Assembly (NCBI GenBank): GCA_963845065.1
Contig: CAWJQQ010000001.1
Location: 32,001-96,000, forward strand
Direction of reading: 5' to 3'
From: Nitrospirota bacterium
GTDB lineage: Bacteria; Nitrospirota; UBA9217
DNA: 64,000 nucleotides
Part shown: piece after piece, positions 42,681 to 52,987 of the stretch
How positions within the stretch are numbered: the stretch's first letter is position 1
Layout: every line of letters begins with the position of its first letter
Notes under the pieces: generated by a model
The model's input: the letters and a program-made list of their open reading frames with translations, nothing else
Database searches by the model: none
Told to the model about the DNA's origin: nothing
Made by a program: the position numbers and the translations under genes

Positions 42681-45600
42681 ATTCGCCTCTGACAACAGCC
42701 GAACAGGATTTCGGCTCCAGCGGCTTGAAGTGCTGAACTGGGGTACATTCGGCAAGCAGGCTATTTGGAAGATTGAGCCAGGGGGCGCCAATTCCCTGCT
42801 AACGGGAGATATTGGTTCAGGAAAATCAACGCTTGTGGATGCTATTACCACATTGCTTGTTCCCTATCATAAAATCACTTACAACAGAGCGGCAGGCGTG
42901 GAGACCAAAGAACGATCGCTCAAGTCCTATGTTTTAGGCGAATATAAAAACATTAAGAATGAACTGGATAACTCAGCGAAGCCGGAATACCTTCGTGAAG
43001 AAAATGAGTATACGGTATTACTGGCCTGCTTCTTCAATGAAGGCTATAGTCAGAAGACGACTCTGGCTCAGGTTTTCTGGCTTCGTAATGATAAACCGGA
43101 GAAATTCTTCGTCGTCTCGAACCAGGCACTGTCTATTAGCGAACACTTCACCAAATTCGGCAAGGATATCCTTCAGCTTAAAAAAAAGATCAAAACTCTG
43201 GAGCAAACAGAGGTATACGAAAGCTTCAGTGATTACTGCTCCAAATTTCGCAATATTTTTGGAATTAGGTCGGAAAAGGCATTGGAGCTGTTTTACCAAA
43301 CAGTCTCGATAAAATCGGTCGGAAATCTCACTGAATTCGTCCGCAGCCACATGATAGAAAAGAGCGACGTAAAGGACAAAATTGAAGAACTCAAACACAA
43401 CTATGAGAATCTGACCCGCCTGCACGAAGCGGTGCTGAAGGCCAAGAAACAACTGGGAGAGCTTCAGCCGTTAGTCAAGGATGCTGAAGCGTTTGAAGCG
43501 GTGAATAATCAGATTAGGGAAATTCAAAACTGCCTCGATGCATTACCTGCGTTCTTTGCTGTTCAGAAGGGCGCACTTCTGAAAGCCGTAATCAAAGAAC
43601 AGAACGAACAAATGATGATTAGCGCCAATACGCTAGAACAGCTTATGGCTGACTTAAAGAAACTTCATGAACGCGAGCTGGACATTAATGCCGCGATTAA
43701 AGGAAGCAAGGAAGGACAGCGGATTGATGAAATAGAGCGAGAAATCAACATCTTTGAACGGGCTAAGGACGATAAATTTGCAAAGTCACGCGAGTACGGT
43801 ACTCTTGCGGCAACTCTGATGCTTCCAGAGGCGTCCAATGAAGAGGTTTTTTATCAATCGCTTAAAAAAGCAACTGCTTTTAAAGAGGCCGTTGTAAAAG
43901 AAGCCGATCAATTAATCTATGCCCGAGATGAGATCATCATCGGCTTGAATAAAATGAAAGAGACACACAAGACGAATGATGAGGAATTAACATCACTCCG
44001 GCAAAGAAAGACGCAGATACCGGAGGCAAATCTGAAGCTTCGAGCGCAGATACTCCGTGACCTCGAACTGGATGAGTATGCGCTGCCTTTTGCCGGGGAG
44101 TTGCTTAAAGTCCGAGACGAAGAGCAATTGTGGGAAGGAGTAATTGAGCGGGTTTTGCATAACTTCGGCCTGAGTGTGCTTGTTGCCGAGGAGCATTATA
44201 AACGGGTGAGTATGTATGTTGATAAGACAAACCTGAAAGGTCGGTTAGTCTATTATCGGATCCCTCGCGTGATGAAACAACCTGATTATGGCGAGGCGAC
44301 AACGAGTTCATTGTTGAATAAAGTTGAGATCAAATCTGAGTCGCCTCTATACAGCTGGCTGAGCAATGAACTTTACGAAAACTTTAACTATGAGTGTTGT
44401 GAGTCCATAGAGCAATTCCAGCGTGAGCCCAAGGCTATTACACGAAGCGGGCAGATCAAAGGCAGGAAGGCACGGCATGAAAAAGACGACAGCAGAAATA
44501 TATTAGACAGAAAAAATTACATTCTCGGCTGGAGTAACCAGGAAAAGATTAGGGCGATAGAAAAGGAATTGGAAGGCCTTCAACAGAGAATAATCGCTGC
44601 AGAGAAGGAAATGCGTTCCATCGAAGATCGCCAGCAGAAGTATAGAAAGCGGGAAGAATGCTTGCGAGACTTTGTTAAATTTACTAAGTTTGGGGACATT
44701 TATTGGCAGAAGGATGCTGCAGAGATCGAAAAATTGAAACAGGAGCGGAAAGAGTTGGAAAATACCTCCAACCAGCTGAGGGAGTTGCAAAGCCAGTTAG
44801 AAAAGGTGCAGGCAGATATTGAAGTTCGAAATAAAGAGCGAGACGAAAACCAGAAGAACAAAGGAAGAATGCAGAATGTGATAGAAAACATGAATGCAGG
44901 TCTGACCGATTGCGAGACGATTGCAGGCACCATCACAGCTGAGGAAAGGGAGAAGTTTTTTCCTAAGCTACAGGAATTGATGTCGAGAAAAGAGAGTAAG
45001 GTCGAACGAATCGATAGGCTTCGTGATGACACGAGAAAATTATTGGATTTCGAGAAAGAACGGAAGGCCGACGAAGAAAAAATATTAAGGGATGGTATTA
45101 TTTCCAGGATGGAACGTTATAAAGGTACTTATAAAGAAGAGACGACTGAAGTAGATGCATCTATAGCGTCTATTCAGGAGTTTAAGGCTTTTTTTAAAAA
45201 GCTGGAAGACGAGGATTTGCCGAGGTATGAGACGCGGTTTAAGGAGGAATTGAATCAGGGCACGATCAATGATATTGCCATGTTTAAAAACCAGCTAGAA
45301 TATTCGGCCAAGGATATCGAGGAAAAAATCCGCCAGATTAATCGCTCGCTTCATGCGATTGAGTACAATCCCGGCACTTATATTGAACTGATCGCCGATA
45401 AGGCGATTGATATAGCCGTTAAAGAATTTCAAGTGCAGCTGCGCAATTGTCTCGAAAATACACTAAACGACACCGAACTTTACAACGAAGAGAAGTTCAA
45501 CAAGGTGAAAATAATCCTGGACCGTTTCAACAGCGCTGCCTTGGCGGACATTAACTGGACCAGCAGGGTCACGGATGTTCGTAATTGGTTCACCTTTGCG

Positions 45601-46023
45601 GCAAATGAGAGATACTTGGAAGATGATACTATAAAGGAATTCTATCCCGACTCCTCTGGCAAGTCGGGCGGTCAGAAAGAGAAGCTGGCTTACACAATTC
45701 TCGCTTCGGCACTAGCCTATCAGTTTGGCCTTGAATGGCAACAGACAAAATCTAGGTCTTTCAGGTTTGTTGCACTCGATGAGGCTTTCGGTAGAAGCTC
45801 GGATGATAGTACGCGGTATGCTCTTGATTTGTTCCGAAAACTCGATTTGCAGTTGCTGCTTGTAACTCCTCTCCAAAAAATAAATATAATCGAAAACTAC
45901 ATTAATACCGTTCATTTTGTAGCAAACGAGACTGGTGACAACTCGGTCGTTCGCGATCTGACTATTCATGAATACCGGGAAGAAAAAGCACGGTATCTGG
46001 ACAAGGCAGAAATTCTCCAGTGA
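42661..46023 (+). CDS. jetC: Wadjet JetC SMC-like ATPase
   Basis: NWGTF, Walker A GDIGSGKST, long coiled coil, SGGQK signature, LDEAF Walker B. Confidence 0.92.
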   Translation: MQNLTLEFASDNSRTGFRLQRLEVLNWGTFGKQAIWKIEPGGANSLLTGDIGSGKSTLVDAITTLLVPYHKITYNRAAGVETKERSLKSYVLGEYKNIKNELDNSAKPEYLREENEYTVLLACFFNEGYSQKTTLAQVFWLRNDKPEKFFVVSNQALSISEHFTKFGKDILQLKKKIKTLEQTEVYESFSDYCSKFRNIFGIRSEKALELFYQTVSIKSVGNLTEFVRSHMIEKSDVKDKIEELKHNYENLTRLHEAVLKAKKQLGELQPLVKDAEAFEAVNNQIREIQNCLDALPAFFAVQKGALLKAVIKEQNEQMMISANTLEQLMADLKKLHERELDINAAIKGSKEGQRIDEIEREINIFERAKDDKFAKSREYGTLAATLMLPEASNEEVFYQSLKKATAFKEAVVKEADQLIYARDEIIIGLNKMKETHKTNDEELTSLRQRKTQIPEANLKLRAQILRDLELDEYALPFAGELLKVRDEEQLWEGVIERVLHNFGLSVLVAEEHYKRVSMYVDKTNLKGRLVYYRIPRVMKQPDYGEATTSSLLNKVEIKSESPLYSWLSNELYENFNYECCESIEQFQREPKAITRSGQIKGRKARHEKDDSRNILDRKNYILGWSNQEKIRAIEKELEGLQQRIIAAEKEMRSIEDRQQKYRKREECLRDFVKFTKFGDIYWQKDAAEIEKLKQERKELENTSNQLRELQSQLEKVQADIEVRNKERDENQKNKGRMQNVIENMNAGLTDCETIAGTITAEEREKFFPKLQELMSRKESKVERIDRLRDDTRKLLDFEKERKADEEKILRDGIISRMERYKGTYKEETTEVDASIASIQEFKAFFKKLEDEDLPRYETRFKEELNQGTINDIAMFKNQLEYSAKDIEEKIRQINRSLHAIEYNPGTYIELIADKAIDIAVKEFQVQLRNCLENTLNDTELYNEEKFNKVKIILDRFNSAALADINWTSRVTDVRNWFTFAANERYLEDDTIKEFYPDSSGKSGGQKEKLAYTILASALAYQFGLEWQQTKSRSFRFVALDEAFGRSSDDSTRYALDLFRKLDLQLLLVTPLQKINIIENYINTVHFVANETGDNSVVRDLTIHEYREEKARYLDKAEILQ

Positions 46024-47201
46024 TCAGCCCAGAAGGGATTAGGAGTCAGGCTGAACGGTCGTACAAAGAATTTCTGACACGCTCTATCGAAAGAGCATCT
46101 TTTTTCCCGAAAGAGATTCGATTTGGTAAGGTAAAAGCATCAGAGACGCTTGACCAATATCAACGCATCAAGGATGAGATTAAGAGGCTCATCAAGGAAT
46201 CCCGTGATCATGTAGGATACGGCTATTCAATAGAGTTTATAACGAGAAAAGACCGAAAAACGGGTGATCAGCGTTTTCCGCAAAGGATATGGTTCGAACA
46301 TGAAGACGATTATCTACGGTTCATCGATAAGGAAAAGGAGTATCAAGACTTCACCCGAGACACTTGCTCCATTCTGAATAACATTCCAGTTCTGAGAGAC
46401 TGGGTTCTGGCCAATCCACTGAAAGTAATCAAATACACCGGTAGATGGGATGATCTCCTGAAAGTTTGCACTTATTTTCTGTCAAATCCTAAGCCGGCAT
46501 TGTACATCAGAGAGCTGCCGTTAGAGATTCATACAAAGTTTGTTGAGGATAATAAATCTGTATTGAAGCAACTTCTCGACTTCCTTATTCCCGATTACAT
46601 CAATGCAGATGAATCCGACTTTGAAAAAAGGTTTAACTTGCATTATGATGAACCGTTGATCCGCGTAAAGATTCTAGATCGCGATATGGCGAATCGATGT
46701 TTCAGCGGAATTACGGACCTGAGCATTCCACAAAGCGAGTTTAATGCATTGACGCTGGATAGTCTCTCCGTATTTATCCTAGAAAATAAAACAAACTTTT
46801 CCAATATATTTAATTTTCTTACATTGCCGAATCTAAGCAGGTCATTTGCAATTTTCGGAAAGGGATTTCAGCTAAATCTGCTGAAGGATGCGAAATGTCT
46901 TATAAACAAGAGAATTATCTATTGGGGGGATATTGACTTGCATGGTTTTCAAATCTTGTCCCAGCTTCGATCCTATTATCCGCAGACACAATCGCTATTG
47001 ATGGACGAAGCAACTTTTAATGAATTTCAAAATTACTGCGTTACAGGAGTCGAAGCGAATATAAACCAACCTCTTAATCTAACGACTGAAGAACAAGGTC
47101 TTTTTGATCGCCTAACAACTCTAAGGGAAAAGAACAGACTTGAACAGGAAAAAATACCTCACTCGTATGTTATAAGCAAATTACGACAACTGATCGGGTA
47201 G
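46020..47201 (+). CDS. jetD: Wadjet JetD Toprim nuclease (DUF3322/DUF2220)
   Basis: YIRELP..HTKFVE, ILENK, YWGDIDLHG and RLEQE motifs. Confidence 0.9.
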   Translation: MISPEGIRSQAERSYKEFLTRSIERASFFPKEIRFGKVKASETLDQYQRIKDEIKRLIKESRDHVGYGYSIEFITRKDRKTGDQRFPQRIWFEHEDDYLRFIDKEKEYQDFTRDTCSILNNIPVLRDWVLANPLKVIKYTGRWDDLLKVCTYFLSNPKPALYIRELPLEIHTKFVEDNKSVLKQLLDFLIPDYINADESDFEKRFNLHYDEPLIRVKILDRDMANRCFSGITDLSIPQSEFNALTLDSLSVFILENKTNFSNIFNFLTLPNLSRSFAIFGKGFQLNLLKDAKCLINKRIIYWGDIDLHGFQILSQLRSYYPQTQSLLMDEATFNEFQNYCVTGVEANINQPLNLTTEEQGLFDRLTTLREKNRLEQEKIPHSYVISKLRQLIG

Positions 47202-47416
47202 TGATTCAAAAGCGTGGGTTTAAGCAGTACCGGAATGTACTCGTTGAGTGATATTGAGAACAGCCACAAACCATTGATGTTAAATACAAGTTGTAATATT
47301 GTTTACCACATATCAAATATGCCTGCATCTAGATTTTATTCCTCAATCACTTAGATCCAATCCACCAACAAAAAATATCTCTTGCCTTATTGTAGCCTAT
47401 GGAGTACAATTATTCC

Positions 47417-47707
47417 ATGATCGAAATTCGCAAGACCGAGGCGTTTGAACGATGGTTTACAGGCCTCCGGGATCGGAGCGCTGTTGCTCGAATTAAATCA
47501 CGTATCGACCGATTGCAACTGGGTCTTTTTGGCGATGTGAAGCCTGTGGGAGGAGGTATTTCAGAAATGCGGATCGATTACGGCCCCGGGTATCGTATTT
47601 ATTTCATTCAGCGAGGCCGGGAGGTAGTGATATTACTGGCGGGCGGTGATAAGCGTACGCAGTCTCGGGATATTGAAAAAGCGCTTGAATTGGCGCGGAT
47701 GCTGTAG
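47417..47707 (+). CDS. RelE/ParE-like addiction module killer protein
   Basis: GDVKPVGGGISEMRIDYGPGYRIY...GGDKRTQ motif. Confidence 0.9.
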   Translation: MIEIRKTEAFERWFTGLRDRSAVARIKSRIDRLQLGLFGDVKPVGGGISEMRIDYGPGYRIYFIQRGREVVILLAGGDKRTQSRDIEKALELARML

Positions 47708-47716
47708 GAGGGTATT

Positions 47717-48010
47717 ATGAAAAAAGAAAAACTCAAAACAACGAAATGGGATGCAGTGGATTACCTCAAAACGGACGAAGACATGGCGGATTATCTTGAA
47801 GCAGCCATGGAGGATGGACATCCGGCTGTTATCGCAACTGCTATTGGGAATATCGCTCGCGCAAAGGGGATGACGGAAATCGCACGCAAGGCCGGGATCG
47901 GCCGCGTAAGTCTTTACAAAGCGCTTTCCCCCAACGGCAACCCGGAATTCGCAACCGTGCTCAAGGTTGTGCGAGCACTTGGCTTACGACTCCATGCTAC
48001 AACGTCATAA
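47717..48010 (+). CDS. Addiction module antidote protein (HTH)
   Basis: WDAVDYL, ARAKGMTEIA and SLYKALS..GNP motifs. Confidence 0.9.
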   Translation: MKKEKLKTTKWDAVDYLKTDEDMADYLEAAMEDGHPAVIATAIGNIARAKGMTEIARKAGIGRVSLYKALSPNGNPEFATVLKVVRALGLRLHATTS

Positions 48011-48092
48011 TTTATGATGTCCTTTGAGCTCAGTAATGATAGATTGAAGAAGCGGCAGATGGCCGAAATAATTAATAAGTTATGATTTGTCA

Positions 48093-48419
48093 ATGACAGC
48101 AACTGAGGATGGAATGGATACCGATGAGTTGACAGAGATGGCTTATGAGACTATCTCGCTTGCCCATGAAGTACTTGATGTACTCCGCCTGGAAATTGGA
48201 GCCTCTGCAAAAGATTATCTAACAGAAGATGAATTTTTGAGAGGTACCCTTAAAAATTTAAAAGATATTTTGGCTGATCCTGAGGGCTACTTAGATTCAT
48301 GGAATTATCTGGATACGGTAAATACGAAACGCTTTGTAAAAGGGATTGAGATTCTAATGAATCACATTAAAAAGACATTAAGAAAACCACAACATGAAAG
48401 AGGAAAGACGGCATTTTGA
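48093..48419 (+). CDS. Hypothetical protein
   Basis: Acidic ORF (MDTDELTEMAY...). Confidence 0.6.
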   Translation: MTATEDGMDTDELTEMAYETISLAHEVLDVLRLEIGASAKDYLTEDEFLRGTLKNLKDILADPEGYLDSWNYLDTVNTKRFVKGIEILMNHIKKTLRKPQHERGKTAF

Positions 48420-48523
48420 CCACCAGAATCAACCAAAGATATATGATGCGAAGTTCAATAAATATATACATGGAGCTAATGAGAAAAATTGCTCAGGTTT
48501 AAAAAGGCCTTTCTGGGTAAGAT

Positions 48524-48660
48524 GGTTTCAAAACCTGAAGGTCGGCGGGTCCATACACCGAAGGAGTCTTTCACAAATCCGTCCCGCCTACCAAACTTAT
48601 CAATGGGTTATAGCACATGCAATAACCCAATTTTCTTATCAGGACAGTTACAGGTCAGCG
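48524..48660 (+). other. Degenerate tRNA-fMet 3' half with an insertion (B3), plus hairpin and arm repeat
   Basis: GGTTTCAAAACCTGAAGGTCG...AAATCCGTCCCGCCTACCA, GGGTTAT/ATAACCC, ATCAGGACAGTTACAGG. Confidence 0.65.
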
Positions 48661-48780
48661 GTCAACACGGCTATAGATGCCTTCCAGAAATCTGTTTTCA
48701 CTGCTCTATAAAAAATCTTATAAAATTGATAGATCGCCAAGTAAGGCTCTCCAACCCTCAGTGCCAAACTAAGTACATTA

Positions 48781-48823
48781 TTGACAATCACGACAAATTA
48801 CGTTAATATTAAGACAAATGTCG
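48781..48823 (+). promoter_or_regulatory. Sigma-70 promoter and operator of the Xre-RES pair
   Basis: TTGACA-N17-TAATAT with GACAAATGTC-like repeats. Confidence 0.55.
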
Positions 48824-48848
48824 TATTAAGCCTGTGGAGGATTGAGTC

Positions 48849-49283
48849 ATGACAAACGCAACGACAATAGAGGAGATTTTAGGAGGGAGAAAAATCCTTA
48901 ATAAAAGCATCCACGGCAAAATGGATCTAATTGAATTAAGTAATACGGGTGTGACAAAAGAGGCCTTGTTAAACTTGGCTAAATATTGTAGTTTTTCAAT
49001 TCACCAATTGGCTGAGGTTCTCCCAGTGACTGAGCGGACGATCCAAAGATATACTCCTAAAAAGCATTTTAATAGGGCAGTATCGGAGCAAATCTTGCAG
49101 CTCGCTGAAGTCGCAGCACGAGGCACTGAAGTATTTGGAGATAGAGAACAATTTCTAAAGTGGATGATAACGCCGAGTGTCGCATTAGCTGATAAGAAAC
49201 CATTTAGCCTGCTAAATTCAAAATTTGGGGCTGAAATGGTTTTGGATGAACTTGGGCGGATCGAGCACGGAGTTTTCTCCTAA
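48849..49283 (+). CDS. Xre/MbcA/ParS antitoxin
   Basis: HTH (SIHQLAEVL..TERTIQRY), EVFGD...W, LGRIEHGV. Confidence 0.88.
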   Translation: MTNATTIEEILGGRKILNKSIHGKMDLIELSNTGVTKEALLNLAKYCSFSIHQLAEVLPVTERTIQRYTPKKHFNRAVSEQILQLAEVAARGTEVFGDREQFLKWMITPSVALADKKPFSLLNSKFGAEMVLDELGRIEHGVFS

Positions 49284-49753
49284 TGGAGGTATACAGGATC
49301 GCAAAAGCATCATTCAGCATGGACCTGACGGGACTTGGCGCGCGACTGAATGGGGGGAGGTGGAATAGAAAAGGAACTGGGATTATTTATACCTCGGAAA
49401 GCCGTGCACTTGCTTCACTAGAATTTCTTGTTCATGTACCTCTCTCGCTTCTTCCCCCAGATTTAATGATAACTTCGATAGATATCCCTAGTGGACTATC
49501 TATCGAGCATGTGTCTCTTAGTGATCTGCCGACCAATTGGAGATCAAGCCCAGCACCAGCCACATTAGCAGAATTTGGCTCGACGTGGGCGAGATCTAAT
49601 AGATCCCTCCTTCTGCGTGTTCCCTCAGCAATTATTGACGCGGAATTTAATATCCTTATTAACCCCAACCACCCGGACATGGGGGGAATTACTATAAATA
49701 AAATCGAAGTTTATTCAATTGATTCGCGACTTTTGAGGGTGAAAAGGCGTTAG
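49283..49753 (+). CDS. RES-domain toxin
   Basis: YRI, GGRWN, YTSES..LE, VPSA and NP.HP motifs. Confidence 0.9.
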   Translation: MEVYRIAKASFSMDLTGLGARLNGGRWNRKGTGIIYTSESRALASLEFLVHVPLSLLPPDLMITSIDIPSGLSIEHVSLSDLPTNWRSSPAPATLAEFGSTWARSNRSLLLRVPSAIIDAEFNILINPNHPDMGGITINKIEVYSIDSRLLRVKRR

Positions 49754-50063
49754 ATATGGTATCAACATGAATCAGTATGAATTCGCTACGATATCTGTCA
49801 GTATCATTCTAATTGTTAAGTTTCAGGCTTTATAAGGTTTACTAGACCCGCTTGATAACATGGTTGGCCAGTATCAACAGAGGACCAAAGAATTGGAGAG
49901 ACACCCATGTACGCCAATAAGAAAATCACCTACACGTCAGGAGAGAAAATGCATTTTTGGACTATACTTTTTTTATTGTATAAAACCAAGATTACAATCA
50001 GAGACTAATATCAAAGGGCATGTTGCTGGAGAAAATACGAATATCTTTTTCAAGCATCCGTCA

Positions 50064-50175
50064 GGTTCATATCCCGAAGGTCGTCGGTTCAAATCCAGCC
50101 CCCGCTACCAAATAATTCATGGGGTTACAGTTCTTACTGTAACCCCGTTTCGTTTTATCAGGACCGTATCAGGAT
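50064..50175 (+). other. tRNA-fMet 3' half (50064-50110; B4), terminator and arm repeat
   Basis: GGTTCATATCCCGAAGGTCGTCGGTTCAAATCCAGCCCCCGCTACCA, then nearly the same downstream ~65 bp as B2. Confidence 0.85.
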
Positions 50176-50798
50176 GGTTACCGTCCCTTTGCTTCATTCT
50201 ATATGCCCTCTCTTCTCATGAACCCTGCACCCTGTTCCTCTCGACGAACACAACAATCTCAAAACTGCTGTTACGCCCCCCCCAAAAAAAAGCTGAGGTT
50301 GTAGTGCGGGAAATTATAAAAAACTATTGAGCCTCCAGTTTCCATTCCATTTTGCATCTGTAGTAGTTGCCAATCTCATTAACAATTAATCAGGGAAATC
50401 GAAGCAAAATATAGGGAAACCCCGATTGTATTTTGTCGTACAAGATGTTAAGTTTTCATAAATATCTCTTGCCTGAACACCCCTGACGCAAAACGTTCAC
50501 ACTTTTGACAAGTCGTATCCGTGAGCTCATACTTACCTCGACTGAATATTCTGGAAGTACGCGATGCAGAGTGATCGTTCAAGCCTATAATGTATTTTCC
50601 AACACTCGTGTGCTGAAGAGGGTAGAGCCAAACTCTACATTTTTTATTTGGCGCAGATGCTATCACAAGGTTGATTCCGGTTAGGTAATATTGAAAATTT
50701 GATGTTATCTAGACGGAGTAATATTCAGTTTCTGTTATTATCCAGGCGGTTCCGTCCCTAAAATAACTTGTTAGATCGAAATTAAAAGGAGAAAAAAA

Positions 50799-51095
50799 TT
50801 GGCCATAAAAGTCCAATCAGTTGAAGAACTGCAGAAATATTTCAAGGGCGTCGTGGATCGTTCTACGCATCATGCGCCAGGGGTTGCCGAGATAATATAT
50901 CCGCTCCTCGGTATGATCGTTTTGAAATTGGACGATAACTCTGATATACAGGTGCGTTCTTATGCTGACGCACCAGGAAACATGTTGTGGGTATATATAA
51001 ATGGATCCAGATATGCCTTCCGTTATGAACATTCCGATGACACGATTGAAATACAAAGGACATGTATGCACTATCGGTGCAAGTATCGGCATTAG
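50799..51095 (+). pseudogene. Integron cassette protein (VCH_CASS14-like), C-terminally truncated
   Basis: LQKYFKGVVDRSTHHA...NMLWVYINGSRYAFRYEH...IEI recalls VCH_CASS14; preceded by GTTAGAT. Confidence 0.65.
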
Positions 51096-51210
51096 CATCT
51101 ACCCCCAGGACGGTTTCGATTTGGAGATGCTCGTCAATAAAGCAGATGCTGCGATGTACTGCGTCAAAGAGAGCGAAAAACATGGCTACGCCTATTCCTC
51201 CCCTGTCTGA
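51050..51210 (+). pseudogene. GGDEF-domain C-terminal fragment
   Basis: IGASIGISIYPQDG...LVNKADAAMY..K. Confidence 0.8.
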
Positions 51211-51835
51211 CCGGATCGCTTTATCAATTTTCAGGACAACCGATACTCTCTTCACATCGTGCACACTGTAGAACTCTCTGGGTAAGAAATCCCAACATCA
51301 TTTCCCCCTAAGCCATATTTTAAATGAGGTTGCGAGTGGTAAGGAGGGGTCATCGCGTTCTGCGAGGGGCTCCACATTCGTGGCGGTAACCGCAGGCGGA
51401 GTGAGGTAAAATTGTTGAGGGGATAGTGACACTTTCTGCCGCATATGCAGGGAGAACAAACTCGTATTCCTGAGTAAAGGCGCGGCATGGTGCCACTAGT
51501 ATCAAGTAATGACGAAGCGGACAAGCACGTCAAGAAGAAAGATAAAATTAAAATGGATATTTTAGTTGCTGCTTCCCTTAAATCTGTCAAAATTGAGCCC
51601 AGCAAAGCGATTTGCTGAGAGTAGGTTTGGCTCCCCATGCTGCATGCGAACAAGCGAGCCTTATGAATAATACAAGATGTATTCTGCACATCCAATCAGT
51701 CTAGAACATGTGCATTATTCATGAAGAAGGCTGCATCGCATGCTTCAAATGCAAATCTACAGATCCTCAAAAATAATGTCTATCTCGTTATCGCTTCCCA
51801 TGAAGAGGGTGCGACACGAAGAGTTTCCAGGACAA

Positions 51836-52876
51836 TCATTCTGTTAACTCATGTCTTAGAAGTCCCCGAGATGCCGGGGCATCTGCTAGCTTAGACCAGA
51901 AGCCCTCATCATTTGCAAGATCAGAGGCATGATTGATTGCCGCAGTGATATCTCCTTTGAAACACTTACGAGTGCTCAAGCTTGAAATCGGGTTCGTCGG
52001 TGTCAGGAAAACAATGCGCCGCGGAACATGATTATTTTTTTGATCGCCTAAGAGTGCTTTTTGCACTTTGTTGATAATTTTTTTCAGTTTTTTATCTCCA
52101 CGATTATTAAGTGGCTTTATGTTACTGAAAACCGAGCAAGGATTGTTTTCAATCAATTTGTAGCCGCGATAAATCCCCTGTCTGATAGCACGGATTTCCA
52201 AAAGGTCGTTAGCAAATTCAACCCTTAAGATTATTCGAAGATACCATGGCAGACGTCCAGTATCTGCATACGTGTTGCGGCATAGACGGCTATTTGACAG
52301 AATGAAAATTGTGTCGCACTTGGCTTTGATCGCCTCGCCAAGAACGAATGTTCCGCCATCCGAATGCCATTCCCCGTTAATCATTACCGGCGGCAAGAAT
52401 CCTTGTAAACCGATAGCGGCAAGCATCACCTGTTTAAGTAAATTTGGATTTTGACGTAAGTTTGGATCATGATTAGAAAAAATCTGGTGCCTTAACTTAT
52501 TTTCGTTGTAGGTTACAATTTGAAATTCTATCGGAGACGCCACAATCGCTTCCATGTCAAGCTTTTCTACCAGATATTTCGATGCACCTTCATTAGAAAA
52601 AAGATTCGGGCCTCTGAAAATTTTTAAAAACCCCATTAAACTTTGCCCGAAGATCTTTTTTGCCCCGAGTTGCTCAGTTTCCTTCCATTTCTTTTCTAAG
52701 GCATCAACATCCCACTTGCTACCGATGAGATCGCCACCAGAGAACACCCCGACTGAAACGCTTTGGACAAAGACCGGTTTAATTCCCTTAGCCTCCAGTG
52801 CTTTGATAAAGCCAACGCCGTAAGCCCCTGTGAAACCTCCCCCGTTTAAAATCATCCCGACTTTACCAAGATTCAT
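51836..52876 (-). CDS. Patatin-like phospholipase
   Basis: NGGGFTGAY, SVSVG (GxSxG variant) and DGG motifs. Confidence 0.75.
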   Translation of the reverse strand: MNLGKVGMILNGGGFTGAYGVGFIKALEAKGIKPVFVQSVSVGVFSGGDLIGSKWDVDALEKKWKETEQLGAKKIFGQSLMGFLKIFRGPNLFSNEGASKYLVEKLDMEAIVASPIEFQIVTYNENKLRHQIFSNHDPNLRQNPNLLKQVMLAAIGLQGFLPPVMINGEWHSDGGTFVLGEAIKAKCDTIFILSNSRLCRNTYADTGRLPWYLRIILRVEFANDLLEIRAIRQGIYRGYKLIENNPCSVFSNIKPLNNRGDKKLKKIINKVQKALLGDQKNNHVPRRIVFLTPTNPISSLSTRKCFKGDITAAINHASDLANDEGFWSKLADAPASRGLLRHELTE

Positions 52877-52987
52877 AATCGCCACTTCCTTTGTTTCCAG
52901 AATACTCAGTCTGAGAAATGGTGCTTTCAAAAAACTCCACGTTAAATATAAGACCAGGACAACTAGGATTTTCTTTGTCCACTTATG

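Noticed and set aside
49860..50330. 156-aa ORF
   Set aside because: It reads through the tRNA fragment and terminator; spurious.
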